A stretch of DNA of 64,000 nt from an uncultured Clostridia bacterium (GTDB lineage Bacteria > Acidobacteriota > Blastocatellia > HR10): the NCBI GenBank assembly GCA_964615335.1, contig CAZTMT010000001.1:68248-132247 (forward strand). The letters run 5' to 3'. The notes below the pieces were generated by a model, which made no database searches, was not told where the DNA came from, and was given only the letters and a program-made list of their open reading frames with translations. Position numbers and translations under genes: made by a program. Shown piece by piece: positions 9,368 to 19,142 of the stretch; the stretch's first letter is position 1; every line of letters begins with the position of its first letter.

Positions 9368-11080
9368 ATGGTGAGCGATAAGGACCTGGTTTCCATCCAA
9401 CAGGCGCGAGATCTGCTGGCGCGCGCGGCCTCTGCGCAACGCGCTTTGGCGGCGTTCACTCAGCAGCAGGTGGATCGTGTCTTCGCCGCCATGGCCGAGG
9501 CCGCCCTTCGCGAGTCCGAGCGACTGGCGGAGATGGCGCATCGCGAGACAGGATATGGGAATCCGGCGGATAAAACGATCAAGAACCGGTTCGCCGCGCT
9601 CTGCGTGTACGAAGGATTCCGGGACCTCAAGACCGTCGGTATCATTCGCCAGACCGAGAGCCTCATCGAGATGGCGGATCCGCGAGGGGTCGTTGCCGCC
9701 ATCATCCCTTCGACCAACCCGACCTCGACGGCGATCTATAAGATCCTCATTGCCGTGAAGGCGCGCAATGCCATTGTGCTCAGCCCGCATCCGGCTGCCG
9801 TGCGCTGTGTCGCCGAGACAGCGCGCATCCTGCGCGAGGCCGCCGTCAGCGAAGGCCTTCCTCCGGAAGCCATCGGGTGCATGACGGTGGTGACGCTGGA
9901 GGGGACACAGGAGCTGATGCGCCATCCGCTCACGGCGGTGATTCTGGCGACCGGAGGGATCGGTCTTGTGCGCGCCGCCTATTCGAGCGGCAAACCCGCT
10001 TTTGGCGTGGGGCCGGGAAATGTTCCGGCGTTCATCGAGAGGTCGGCGGATGTCTCCAAGGCCGTGCGCGATATCCTCACGGGAAAGTGCTTCGACTATG
10101 GGACGATCTGCTCTTCCGAGCAGTCTCTGGTCGTCGAATCGGCCATCGAGGGGCGCGTTCGGGAGGAGTTGAATCAGCAGGGGGCATACTGGCTGAACGC
10201 AGAGGAGATTCGCGCTCTGGGGGAGCTGGTCATTCGTCCCGATCGCACAGTGAATCCTCAGGTCGTGGGGCGTCCGGCGACGCGTATCGCCGAGATGGCG
10301 GGATTCCGCGTTCCGCCAGAGACGCGCGTCCTGGTCGCTGAGCTTCGCGGGGTGGGGAAGGACCATCCTCTCTCGTTGGAGAAGCTCTCGCCCATTTTGG
10401 CGTACTATGTCGTCCCGGACTGGCGGGCGGCGGCTGACCTCTGTCAGGCCATCCTGCGAGCCGGAGGGACGGGCCACACCCTGGCGATTCATTCGCGCGA
10501 TCGGGCGCTGGTGTGCGAGTTCGCGCTCCGGCAGCCGGCCGCGCGTATTGTCGTCAACACGCCGGCTCCGCATGGCTCGATCGGACTGACGACCGATCTG
10601 CCGCCCAGTCTGACGTTGGGCTGCGGATCCTGGGGGGGGAATATCACCTCCGATAACATCTCGCCCTGGCATCTGCTGGACATCAAGCGCGTCGCTTTCG
10701 AGACGAAGCCGCAGGCCACAGACGCCTTGCTTCAGCCGACGGCGCGACCGATTTCGGAGCGGGCGGCCCTGACGGCCGGCCCCGAGGTCATTCGCCTGGA
10801 TCGAGCGACGCTCGAGGCGCTCGTCGCGCAGGTCGTGAGCACTCACCTGGGAAAGGGGAGCAAGAGCCCTTCGCCTGAGCCTGCGGTTTCGGAAAACCCG
10901 ACCTCTTCTTCCCCTTCGCCGAGGGAGTCCGCGCGCCCTTCTCCTGTTGATTTCGTCTGCGAGGAGGACGTCAAGCGCGCTCTGGCCGAAGGGCGAAAAA
11001 TCTATATCCACAGCCGGACGATCATCACACCGGCGGCTCGCGATCTGGGTGAGGCTCACGATATTTTCGCCCGCACCTGA
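9368..11080 (+). CDS. CoA-acylating aldehyde dehydrogenase (EutE/PduP/AdhE-N family) with C-terminal encapsulation-peptide-like helix and extra small domain
   Basis: [26 protein letters not shown], catalytic [42 protein letters not shown], followed by a ~125-aa tail. Confidence 0.92.
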   Translation: MVSDKDLVSIQQARDLLARAASAQRALAAFTQQQVDRVFAAMAEAALRESERLAEMAHRETGYGNPADKTIKNRFAALCVYEGFRDLKTVGIIRQTESLIEMADPRGVVAAIIPSTNPTSTAIYKILIAVKARNAIVLSPHPAAVRCVAETARILREAAVSEGLPPEAIGCMTVVTLEGTQELMRHPLTAVILATGGIGLVRAAYSSGKPAFGVGPGNVPAFIERSADVSKAVRDILTGKCFDYGTICSSEQSLVVESAIEGRVREELNQQGAYWLNAEEIRALGELVIRPDRTVNPQVVGRPATRIAEMAGFRVPPETRVLVAELRGVGKDHPLSLEKLSPILAYYVVPDWRAAADLCQAILRAGGTGHTLAIHSRDRALVCEFALRQPAARIVVNTPAPHGSIGLTTDLPPSLTLGCGSWGGNITSDNISPWHLLDIKRVAFETKPQATDALLQPTARPISERAALTAGPEVIRLDRATLEALVAQVVSTHLGKGSKSPSPEPAVSENPTSSSPSPRESARPSPVDFVCEEDVKRALAEGRKIYIHSRTIITPAARDLGEAHDIFART

Positions 11081-11111
11081 ACGAACTTCAGCATCCCCTC
11101 CTTTTCATCGC

Positions 11112-11141
11112 TTGCCCCCTGTGCCGTCAGAACGATATGAT
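11112..11141 (+). promoter_or_regulatory. Candidate sigma70 promoter of rnj
   Basis: TTGCCC (11112-11117), 18-nt spacer, TATGAT (11136-11141). Confidence 0.4.
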
Positions 11142-11202
11142 ATGCTCCCATGTGCGGGAGGATACACCGTGTATCCCGGAAGATCTCTCAAGGAGACGGG
11201 AC

Positions 11203-12864
11203 GTGAGCGGGAAACTGGAGATCATTCCCCTTGGGGGATTGGGAGAATTCGGGATGAACATGTTGGCCCTGCGCTATGGGGAGGACATGCTCATCATTGA
11301 TGCGGGCCTCATGTTCCCCGATGAGAGTTTGCATGGTGTGGACGTTGTCATCCCCGACTTGCGCTTCCTCGAAGCGCAGGCGTCGCACGTTCGGGCCATT
11401 CTTCTCACTCATGCGCATGAAGACCATATCGGCGCGCTCCCCTATTTGCTGAAGGTCGTCCAGGCCCCGGTCTACGGCGCGCGCTTCACGCTGGCTGTCG
11501 CCGAGCACAAGCTGATCGAGCACGGCCTTTTGAGCGAGGCGGAGTTGCATGTGGTCGAGCCCGGGGACTTCGTCGAGACGGGGCCCTTTGAGGTGGAGTT
11601 CATCGGGGCGGCGCATTCGACGATTGATTGTTTGGCCCTGGCCATTCGGACGCCCGTGGGGATCATCGTGCATCTGACCGACGTGAAGCTGGATGAGGAG
11701 CCGGTCATCGGGGAGCCCACGGATCTCGTCCGACTCCGGCACTATGGAGAGCGCGGCGTGTTGGCTCTGCTGGCCGATTCGACCAACGTCGAGCGGAGCG
11801 GCCGAACGCCTTCAGAGCGCGCCGTCATTCCGGCTCTGGAGGAGATCTTCGAGGAAGCGCCCGGACGTCTCATCTTCAGTTGCTTTGCTTCCTCGATCCA
11901 TCGCATTCAGATCATTCTGGATCTGGCCTATGAGTACGACTGTCAGCTCGCGCTGGTCGGTTCGACCATGACGCGCATGGTGGAGACGGCCATGGCCGAG
12001 CGCTATCTCGATGTCCCGGCGGGGCTGCTCATCTCCCCGTCGGAGGTGAATCGTCTGCCGCGCGAACGCGTGGTTTTGCTGGCCACCGGATGTCAGGGGG
12101 AGCCCATGGCGGCGCTCGCCCGCATGGCCACCGGATCGTACAAACAGCTTCGGATCGAGCCCGAGGACACCGTCATCCTCTCGGCGCGCATCATCCCGGG
12201 CAACGAGCGCGCGATCTCTCGGCTCATGGATCACATCTATCGGCGCGGCGCGCGCGTTGTGGATGAGACGATCAAGCGCGTGCATGTCTCCGGGCATCCC
12301 TCGCAAGAGGACCTGCGGGAGTTCTATCGCGCCCTGCGCCCGAAATACCTGATCCCCATTCACGGCGATTATCGGCGCCTCTGCCGCCACAAGGAGTTCG
12401 CCTGTGCGGCGGGCTTCTCTCCGGATCAGGTTCTGGTCGTCGAGAATGGTCAGGTCATCGAGCTGGATCGCGAGGGGGCGCGCATCGGGGAGACGACCGT
12501 TCCCGTCGGACGCACGTTCATTGATGAGGCCGGTTTTGAGGAGATCGAAGAGTTCATCATCCATGACCGGCGGCATCTGGCTGAGGACGGTTTCGTCCTG
12601 CCGATCGTCGTCATCAACAAGACGACGGGAGAGCTGGAGGCCGTGCCCGAGATCATCACGCGCGGATTTGTGACCTCCGAAAATGGGGAGGAATTGCTCG
12701 AGCGCGCCCGCGCGCGCGTGATCGAAACGGTCGCTCAGGCCGATCGGGATGAGCGCACCGATGGGGCGGTCATGAAGGAGAAGATCCGCGTCGAGCTGAA
12801 ACGCTTGATCTCCCGGCAGACGGAACGTCATCCGATGATCATTCCCGTGATCATCGAGATTTGA
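11203..12864 (+). CDS. rnj: Ribonuclease J
   Basis: IIPLGGLGEFGMN, LTHAHEDHIG (MBL), CFASSIHRIQ, GCQGEP, VHVSGH, IPIHG. GTG 11203 with AGGAG RBS. Confidence 0.96.
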   Translation: MSGKLEIIPLGGLGEFGMNMLALRYGEDMLIIDAGLMFPDESLHGVDVVIPDLRFLEAQASHVRAILLTHAHEDHIGALPYLLKVVQAPVYGARFTLAVAEHKLIEHGLLSEAELHVVEPGDFVETGPFEVEFIGAAHSTIDCLALAIRTPVGIIVHLTDVKLDEEPVIGEPTDLVRLRHYGERGVLALLADSTNVERSGRTPSERAVIPALEEIFEEAPGRLIFSCFASSIHRIQIILDLAYEYDCQLALVGSTMTRMVETAMAERYLDVPAGLLISPSEVNRLPRERVVLLATGCQGEPMAALARMATGSYKQLRIEPEDTVILSARIIPGNERAISRLMDHIYRRGARVVDETIKRVHVSGHPSQEDLREFYRALRPKYLIPIHGDYRRLCRHKEFACAAGFSPDQVLVVENGQVIELDREGARIGETTVPVGRTFIDEAGFEEIEEFIIHDRRHLAEDGFVLPIVVINKTTGELEAVPEIITRGFVTSENGEELLERARARVIETVAQADRDERTDGAVMKEKIRVELKRLISRQTERHPMIIPVIIEI

Positions 12865-12931
12865 GGTCCCCCTGACCCGGCTCTGCGCGGGCGGAACGTT
12901 TTCGGGTGCGCGTCGTCGTGAGGTTGTGTCT

Positions 12932-13771
12932 ATGACGCTTGTGGAAGCGATTGTGCTCGGACTCGTGCAGGGCCTGACGGAGTTCCTGCCGATCAGCAGT
13001 ACGGCCCACTTGCGTATTGTCCCGGCTGTGCTCCACGGGCTCGATCCCACCCATCCGTGGAACGATCCGGGAGCTGCGGCCTCGGCGGTGATTCAACTGG
13101 GGACGCTCGTGGCCGTGCTCGGCTACTTTCGGCGAGAGGTCGCCGAGCTGACGGGCGCCCTCCTGCGCGGGCTGGTTCGCGGTCGTCCCTGCGAGACCTT
13201 CTCGGCGCGTCTGGCGTGGTTCATTGGACTGGGAACGCTTCCTCTGATCATCGGGGGGATCGCGCTGGAGCCCTTCATTGTGACGCACGCGCGGTCGCTT
13301 CGACTGATCGCGGGAGCCCTGATCGGTCTGGCGCTCCTTCTGCTGTGGGCCGAGCGCGTCTCTTCGCGCCATCGCCAGTTGCACGACGTGGGTCTTCGCG
13401 ATGCTCTGATTGTCGGCCTGGCTCAGGCCCTGGCGTTGATCCCGGGTGCCTCCCGCTCCGGGACGACGATCACGGCCGGGTTGCTGCTGGGCTTCACGCG
13501 CGAGGCTGCCGCGCGCTTCTCCTTTCTGCTGAGCATTCCGGCGGTGGCCTTAAGCGGGCTTTACGAGCTGTACGCGATTCGCCATCACCTGGAGGGAGCC
13601 TATAGCCTTTCGCTTCTGATCGCGACCGTGGTAGCGGGCGTGAGCGGATACCTCGCCATCGAGTTTTTGCTTCGGTACCTGAGGACGCATACGACGTATC
13701 TTTTCATCGTCTATCGCCTTGTGCTCGGCATTTTGCTGCTGGGACTTTCCGAGCGCGGGCTCATCCGGTGA
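12932..13771 (+). CDS. uppP: Undecaprenyl-diphosphate phosphatase (BacA/UppP)
   Basis: LGLVQGLTEFLPISSTAHL and AQALALIPGASRSGTTI motifs; multi-TM. Start ATG 12932 or GTG 12926. Confidence 0.96.
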   Translation: MTLVEAIVLGLVQGLTEFLPISSTAHLRIVPAVLHGLDPTHPWNDPGAAASAVIQLGTLVAVLGYFRREVAELTGALLRGLVRGRPCETFSARLAWFIGLGTLPLIIGGIALEPFIVTHARSLRLIAGALIGLALLLLWAERVSSRHRQLHDVGLRDALIVGLAQALALIPGASRSGTTITAGLLLGFTREAAARFSFLLSIPAVALSGLYELYAIRHHLEGAYSLSLLIATVVAGVSGYLAIEFLLRYLRTHTTYLFIVYRLVLGILLLGLSERGLIR

Positions 13772-13832
13772 AGACGGCGCTTCGGGCGAGTCCAGGACTG
13801 GTCGGCTCGGCGCGAGAAGTCGGCTCGGCGAC

Positions 13833-15989
13833 TCATCCGATGGACGTCAGCCCGTACTGCGGTTGCTGACGAATGTGCTCCAGAAGCGGTTCGAGTTCGG
13901 GCGCCTGGGAACGTCGAGCCAGGAGTCGCCGGGCTTCGTGGCGCGCCAGATCCAGCAGGCTCCGATCGCGAACCAGATGGGCGATGCGAAAGACGGGCGC
14001 GCCCGACTGTCGCGTTCCCATCAACTCGCCGGGACCGCGAATCTCCAGATCCTTCTCGGCGATCACGAATCCGTCGGTCGTCTCGACCATGACGCGAAGG
14101 CGCTCGCGCGCTTCGGGCGTCGTGAGGTCATGGGCCAGAAGAATGCAGTAGGAGACGGCGGCGCCTCGCCCCACGCGTCCCCGCAGTTGATGCAGTTGCG
14201 CCAGACCGAAGCGCTCCGCATGCTCAATGAGCATGACGGTCGCGTTGGGCACATCCACGCCGACCTCGATGACGCTCGTGGCCACAAGAATATCAATCTC
14301 GCGCGCGAGGAATCGGCGCATGACCTCGTCCTTTTCGGCCGGACGCATCTTCCCATGCAGCAGGCCGACGCGGAACTGCGGGAAGACGACCTTCTGCAAG
14401 TGATCGGCCATCTGCGTGGCGTTCAGAAGATCCATCTTCTCGGATTCCTCTACAAGGGGGTAGACGATGTAGGCCTGGCGTCCGGCGCGCACCTGATTGG
14501 CGATGAATTGATAAATCGCGGGTCGCGCCTCCTCGGTTCGAAGGAAAGTCCGCACGGGGGTGCGCCCCGGAGGAAGATCGCGGATCGTAGAGACATCCAG
14601 ATCCCCATAGACGGTCATCGCGAGCGAGCGCGGGATGGGCGTGGCCGTCATCACGAGGACATCCGGAGCGTAGCCGCGTCGGATCAGTTCGGCGCGCTGC
14701 AGGACGCCGAACCGATGCTGCTCGTCAATGACGACAAGGCCCAGATTCCGGAAGCGCACGCCCTCCTGGATGAGGGCGTGCGTGCCGATGACGATGTGAA
14801 TCTCCCCGCGCGCCAGCGCCTCATACAGCTCTCGTTTGTCGGCATTGCGCAGGCTCCCCGTGAGCGCTTCGACCCGATAGGGAGTCTGCGCGAGCCAGCG
14901 CTTCACGTTCCGAGCGTGCTGCTCGGCCAGAATCTCCGTCGGGGCCATCAGAGCCGCCTGATACCCGTTCTCGACGGCGATGACCATGGCCACCAGCGCG
15001 ACAATCGTCTTGCCGCTGCCCACATCCCCTTGAAGGAGGCGATTCATGGGTCGGGGCGAGCACATGTCGCGCACGATCTCCCGCAGGGCCTGTTTCTGTC
15101 CTTCGGTCAGGCGAAACGGAAGGATCGAGCGCACGATCTCTCGGATGCGGTCGTCCACGCGGATGCTCGGCCCTTTGGGAGAGCGTTCGCGTTCCTCTCG
15201 TCGGAGCGAGAGAGCGAGTTGAAGCCGCAGGAACTCTTCGAAGATCAATCGGCGATGAGCCGGCGACCGGGCCTCGTTGTAATCCTCAAGGGGCGTCTCG
15301 TCGTCGGGGGGGAAGTGAACCTGTCGCAGGGCTTCGTATCGGGAGATGAGCTGCAGCCGGCGCCGCGTCTCTTCCGGAAGAGTCTCGGGCACGCTCTCCG
15401 GAGAGAGGCGCTGCACCAGATGATAGAAGATCGCCCGCAAAGGACGCGTCGTGAAGGAGCCCAGCTTCCGATAGACGGGAACGCGCCGCCCCGTGTGGAT
15501 GGCCTCGGCCAGCTCGTCCTCCTCGGTGAGGACTTCGAAGTCGGGATTCTCGGCCTCAAAGCATCGCCAGCGCGGATTGTAGCGCCATTGCCCGTAGAGG
15601 ATCACCCGCGTGCCGCGCGGGAAGGTCTTCTCCAGCCACGTGCGATTCCACCAGAAGGCGCGGATCATTCCGGTCTCATCGCTCGCCGAGAGCTCGAAGA
15701 TCTTCAACTGACCTCCTTTGACGGCGTAGCTGCCGGTCAAACGCACGACGACTTCAAGAGAAGCCCACATGTTCTCGCGCAACTGGGCGACGCACACGCG
15801 ATGCGATCGGTCCTCGTAGCGCAGAGGCAGGTAGAAGAGAAGGTCCTCCAGAGTGACCTCGCGGTAGTCGGACCGACCGAGGAATTCGGCCAAGGCCGCG
15901 GCCAGCGCGCGGGCGCGACGCGGCCCAAGGCGCGGAATGCGATGCAGATGCATCTGATAGAGCGGCGTATGCAGCGACAGCGCGCTCAT
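13833..15989 (-). CDS. recG: ATP-dependent DNA helicase RecG
   Basis: DLLFYLPLRYED, RLLQGDVGSGKT, MAPTEILAEQH, DEQHRFG, MTATPIPRSL, QLHQLRGRVGRG, DLEIRGPGE. Confidence 0.97.
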   Translation of the reverse strand: MSALSLHTPLYQMHLHRIPRLGPRRARALAAALAEFLGRSDYREVTLEDLLFYLPLRYEDRSHRVCVAQLRENMWASLEVVVRLTGSYAVKGGQLKIFELSASDETGMIRAFWWNRTWLEKTFPRGTRVILYGQWRYNPRWRCFEAENPDFEVLTEEDELAEAIHTGRRVPVYRKLGSFTTRPLRAIFYHLVQRLSPESVPETLPEETRRRLQLISRYEALRQVHFPPDDETPLEDYNEARSPAHRRLIFEEFLRLQLALSLRREERERSPKGPSIRVDDRIREIVRSILPFRLTEGQKQALREIVRDMCSPRPMNRLLQGDVGSGKTIVALVAMVIAVENGYQAALMAPTEILAEQHARNVKRWLAQTPYRVEALTGSLRNADKRELYEALARGEIHIVIGTHALIQEGVRFRNLGLVVIDEQHRFGVLQRAELIRRGYAPDVLVMTATPIPRSLAMTVYGDLDVSTIRDLPPGRTPVRTFLRTEEARPAIYQFIANQVRAGRQAYIVYPLVEESEKMDLLNATQMADHLQKVVFPQFRVGLLHGKMRPAEKDEVMRRFLAREIDILVATSVIEVGVDVPNATVMLIEHAERFGLAQLHQLRGRVGRGAAVSYCILLAHDLTTPEARERLRVMVETTDGFVIAEKDLEIRGPGELMGTRQSGAPVFRIAHLVRDRSLLDLARHEARRLLARRSQAPELEPLLEHIRQQPQYGLTSIG

Positions 15990-16050
15990 CTCTCGTCGAA
16001 AAAGTATATCCGACAGAGGGCCTTTTCCTCCACGGCTTCTTCCCCTCTCG

Positions 16051-16078
16051 TTGACATCCCCTTGAGGCTTTGTAGAAT
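16051..16078 (+). promoter_or_regulatory. Candidate sigma70 promoter of the GT2 gene
   Basis: TTGACA (16051-16056), 16-nt spacer, TAGAAT (16073-16078). Confidence 0.55.
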
Positions 16079-16134
16079 TATTCTCGGCTCAAGAGGAGGC
16101 GCGGCAGGAGAGCGACAGGAGCAGAGGGAAGACG

Positions 16135-17733
16135 ATGAGATTCTTTGGGCTCGCATGTCAGGTGGATTTTGTTCCGCCCGAACCCGTTCCCGAGATCGTG
16201 CGACGCGTGCTCGGTCAGCAGGGGGGGCATCCGAATATCAGCTATCTCTATCGGGCGGATGTCTTCGATTGGGTGGTCATGGGGACCTATTTCGGTATCC
16301 TCCTGCTGCTTTCGATCTACGGCATCTATCGGTTTCGTCTCGTCTATCTCTTCCTTCGGTATCGCCATGTCCGTCCGCGGCCGAAGGCGTATTTCGCCGA
16401 GTCCGAGCTGCCCTGTGTGACCGTGCAGTTGCCCATCTACAACGAGATGTACGTCGTCGAGAGGCTCCTGCGCGCGGTGACGCGTCTGGACTATCCGCGC
16501 GATCGGCTGGAGATCCAGATCCTGGACGATTCGACCGACGAGACGTCGGAGATCTGCCGGCGGCTGGCCGAGCAGTATCAAGCGGAAGGGTATGACATCG
16601 TCTATCTCCGACGGCCCGAGCGCGTGGGATTCAAGGCGGGGGCTCTCGCTCATGGGTTGGCGTGCGCCCGGGGCGAATTCCTCGCCATCTTCGATGCTGA
16701 TTTCATCCCGCGTCCCGATTGCCTGCGGAAGATGATCCACTACTTCACGGATCCGCAGGTCGGCATGGTGCAGATGCGGTGGAGCTACGTCAACGCGGAT
16801 TACAATCTGCTGACTCGCCTGCAACAGATCATGCTCGATGGGCATTTTGTCGTCGAGCAGACGGCGCGCAGTCGTTCGGGCAGCTTCTTCAACTTCAACG
16901 GCACGGCGGGGATGTGGCGACGCGCGGCCATTGAGTGGAGCGGCGGATGGCACACGGACACGCTGGCCGAGGATACGGACCTGAGCTATCGCGCGCAACT
17001 GTTCGGATGGAAGTTCGTGTATCTTCTGGAGGAGGACGTCCCTTCGGAGCTTCCCGTGGACATGAACGCCTTCAAGGTGCAGCAACGGCGGTGGGCCAAG
17101 GGGGTGCTCCAGGTCGGCTTCAAGCTCATCGGGCGCATCTTTCGAAGTCCGCTCCCGTGGTCGGTCAAGCTCGAGCTGTTCTTCCGCTTCACGAACAATG
17201 CCAATGCGCCCTTCGTCATCCTGCTCAGCCTGCTGCACGGGCCGGTCTTGATCGCCCGGTTCAATCAGGGATGGTTTCACCTGCTCATCCTGGACGTGCC
17301 GATCCTGCTCTTTGCGACGGCATCGGTTCTGGCTTTCTATGGGGTTGGTCTGTGGCATCTCTATCCGGATTGGAAGCGGCACCTGAAGTATCTCCCCCTG
17401 GCGATGGCCCTCGGGATCGGGTTGTCTCTGAACAACGCGCGGGCGGCCCTGGAAGCGTTTCTGGGCGTTCGTTCGCCGTTTGCGCGCACGCCGAAGTTTC
17501 GGATCGAGTCCAAACGCGATCAGTGGAAAGGTAAGAAGTATACGTTCCGCCACGATGCGATTCCCTTTGTGGAACTGGCGCTGGCTCTCTACTTCGTCGG
17601 TGTCACCCTCTATGCCGCGCGCATGCAGATTTACGGGACGATCCCGTTTCTGCTGCTCTTTCTGATGGGGTATGCTCTGGCGGGAGCTTTCTCCCTCATC
17701 CAGGGGCGTGCCGTCGCCCCTCGGAGCGCGTGA
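16135..17733 (+). CDS. Processive family-2 glycosyltransferase (cellulose-synthase-like, membrane-bound)
   Basis: VTVQLPIYNE, LDDSTD, GFKAGAL, FDADF, TLAEDTDL, QQRRWAKG (D,D,D,QxxRW) with flanking TM helices. Confidence 0.92.
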   Translation: MRFFGLACQVDFVPPEPVPEIVRRVLGQQGGHPNISYLYRADVFDWVVMGTYFGILLLLSIYGIYRFRLVYLFLRYRHVRPRPKAYFAESELPCVTVQLPIYNEMYVVERLLRAVTRLDYPRDRLEIQILDDSTDETSEICRRLAEQYQAEGYDIVYLRRPERVGFKAGALAHGLACARGEFLAIFDADFIPRPDCLRKMIHYFTDPQVGMVQMRWSYVNADYNLLTRLQQIMLDGHFVVEQTARSRSGSFFNFNGTAGMWRRAAIEWSGGWHTDTLAEDTDLSYRAQLFGWKFVYLLEEDVPSELPVDMNAFKVQQRRWAKGVLQVGFKLIGRIFRSPLPWSVKLELFFRFTNNANAPFVILLSLLHGPVLIARFNQGWFHLLILDVPILLFATASVLAFYGVGLWHLYPDWKRHLKYLPLAMALGIGLSLNNARAALEAFLGVRSPFARTPKFRIESKRDQWKGKKYTFRHDAIPFVELALALYFVGVTLYAARMQIYGTIPFLLLFLMGYALAGAFSLIQGRAVAPRSA

Positions 17734-17767
17734 GGGCCTCTCCCCAACTTTTGTGTGGAGGAAGAAC

Positions 17768-19132
17768 GTGAAACATCGAGCCTTCGTCTTTCACGCACTC
17801 TTGGCGATCTCGCTCATCTGGGTGGGTCCGACGCCAGCCCTTCGGCAGAAGGCCAGTCCGGAGGAGAAGCGGCTCGCGGGAATCCCTTTGCAGGAGTACC
17901 GGCAGCGACGCGAGCGGCTGATGGAGCTTGTGCGAGACGGGATTGTGCTCCTTTCGGGGAAGACCGAGGAGGAGGATAACGAGGTCGAGCAGAAGTTTCG
18001 TCAGCGGAGCTACTTCATGTATCTGACGGGAGTGGAAGTGCCGGGGGCGATTCTCGCCCTGATCCCGCAGGGGTATGGGGAGGAGGGGATTCGGGAAGTC
18101 CTCTTTCTGCCGCCGCGCAATCCCGCGCGCGAGCGCTGGACCGGTCCGAAGGTGGGTCCTGAAGATGCCCCGCGTGAGTTCGGCGTGCAACGCGCTCTGC
18201 CCACGACGGCTTTCGAGACGGAATTGCCGAAGATGCTGGAGAAGACGCGGATCCTCTACACGGTCGTCCCTTCCGGACCTTCGGCGCGCTTCAGCCGGGA
18301 GCAAGCCTTCATCGAGCGCCTTCGCGCTCGCGCCGATCACGCCGAAGCCCTCGAGGTGCGCGACGTGCGGCCGCTTCTGGCCGAGCTGCGGCGGATCAAA
18401 TCGTCCAACGAATTGGCTCTGCTGCGGGAAGCCGTGCGCATCACGGTCGAAGCGCATCGCGACATCGCGCGGGCTCTCCGCCCCGGTCTGTTCGAATACG
18501 AGCTGGAGGCTTTGGTGTGGGCGGCCTTCCTGAGAAACGGCGCGCGGCGCTCGGGATTCCCTCCGATCATCGGCTCCGGTCCCAATGCGACGATCCTGCA
18601 TTATCAGGCCAACAATCGGCAGATCGCCGCCGGCGATCTGGTCGTCGTGGACATCGGAGCCGAGTACCAGTACTACACGGCCGACATCACGCGCACCTAT
18701 CCGGCGACGGGGCGTTTCACGGAGCGTCAGCGCCAGATCTACGAGCTGGTCCTGGGCGCGCAAAGAGCCGCGGAAGCGGCCTTTCGTCCCGGCCAGAGTA
18801 CGATGCGCGATCTGCAGGAGGTCGCGCGTCGCTTCATGCGCGAGAGCCCGTTGCGCTCCCGCGATGGACAGACGATGGATCGGTTCTTCATCCACGGGCT
18901 CGGGCATTACGTCGGGCTCGATGTGCACGATGTGGGCGACTACAGCAAGCCGCTCTCGCCCGGAGTCGTGATCACGATCGAGCCGGGGATTTACCTGCCC
19001 GATGAAGGGATCGGCGTGCGCATCGAGGATATGTACGTGGTCACCGAGACGGGGTTGGTCAAGCTCTCCTCGGCCCTTCCGAGCGCTCCGGAAGAGGTGG
19101 AGAAGTGGATGGCGCAACGGAATGTGCGATGA
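17768..19132 (+). CDS. Xaa-Pro aminopeptidase (M24B), probably exported
   Basis: FRQRSYFMYLTG, RRIKSSNE, DIGAEYQYYTADITRT, HGLGHYVGLDVHD, TIEPGIY, GVRIED. GTG 17768 followed by a signal-like segment. Confidence 0.92.
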   Translation: MKHRAFVFHALLAISLIWVGPTPALRQKASPEEKRLAGIPLQEYRQRRERLMELVRDGIVLLSGKTEEEDNEVEQKFRQRSYFMYLTGVEVPGAILALIPQGYGEEGIREVLFLPPRNPARERWTGPKVGPEDAPREFGVQRALPTTAFETELPKMLEKTRILYTVVPSGPSARFSREQAFIERLRARADHAEALEVRDVRPLLAELRRIKSSNELALLREAVRITVEAHRDIARALRPGLFEYELEALVWAAFLRNGARRSGFPPIIGSGPNATILHYQANNRQIAAGDLVVVDIGAEYQYYTADITRTYPATGRFTERQRQIYELVLGAQRAAEAAFRPGQSTMRDLQEVARRFMRESPLRSRDGQTMDRFFIHGLGHYVGLDVHDVGDYSKPLSPGVVITIEPGIYLPDEGIGVRIEDMYVVTETGLVKLSSALPSAPEEVEKWMAQRNVR

Positions 19133-19142
19133 GAGGGAGCCG

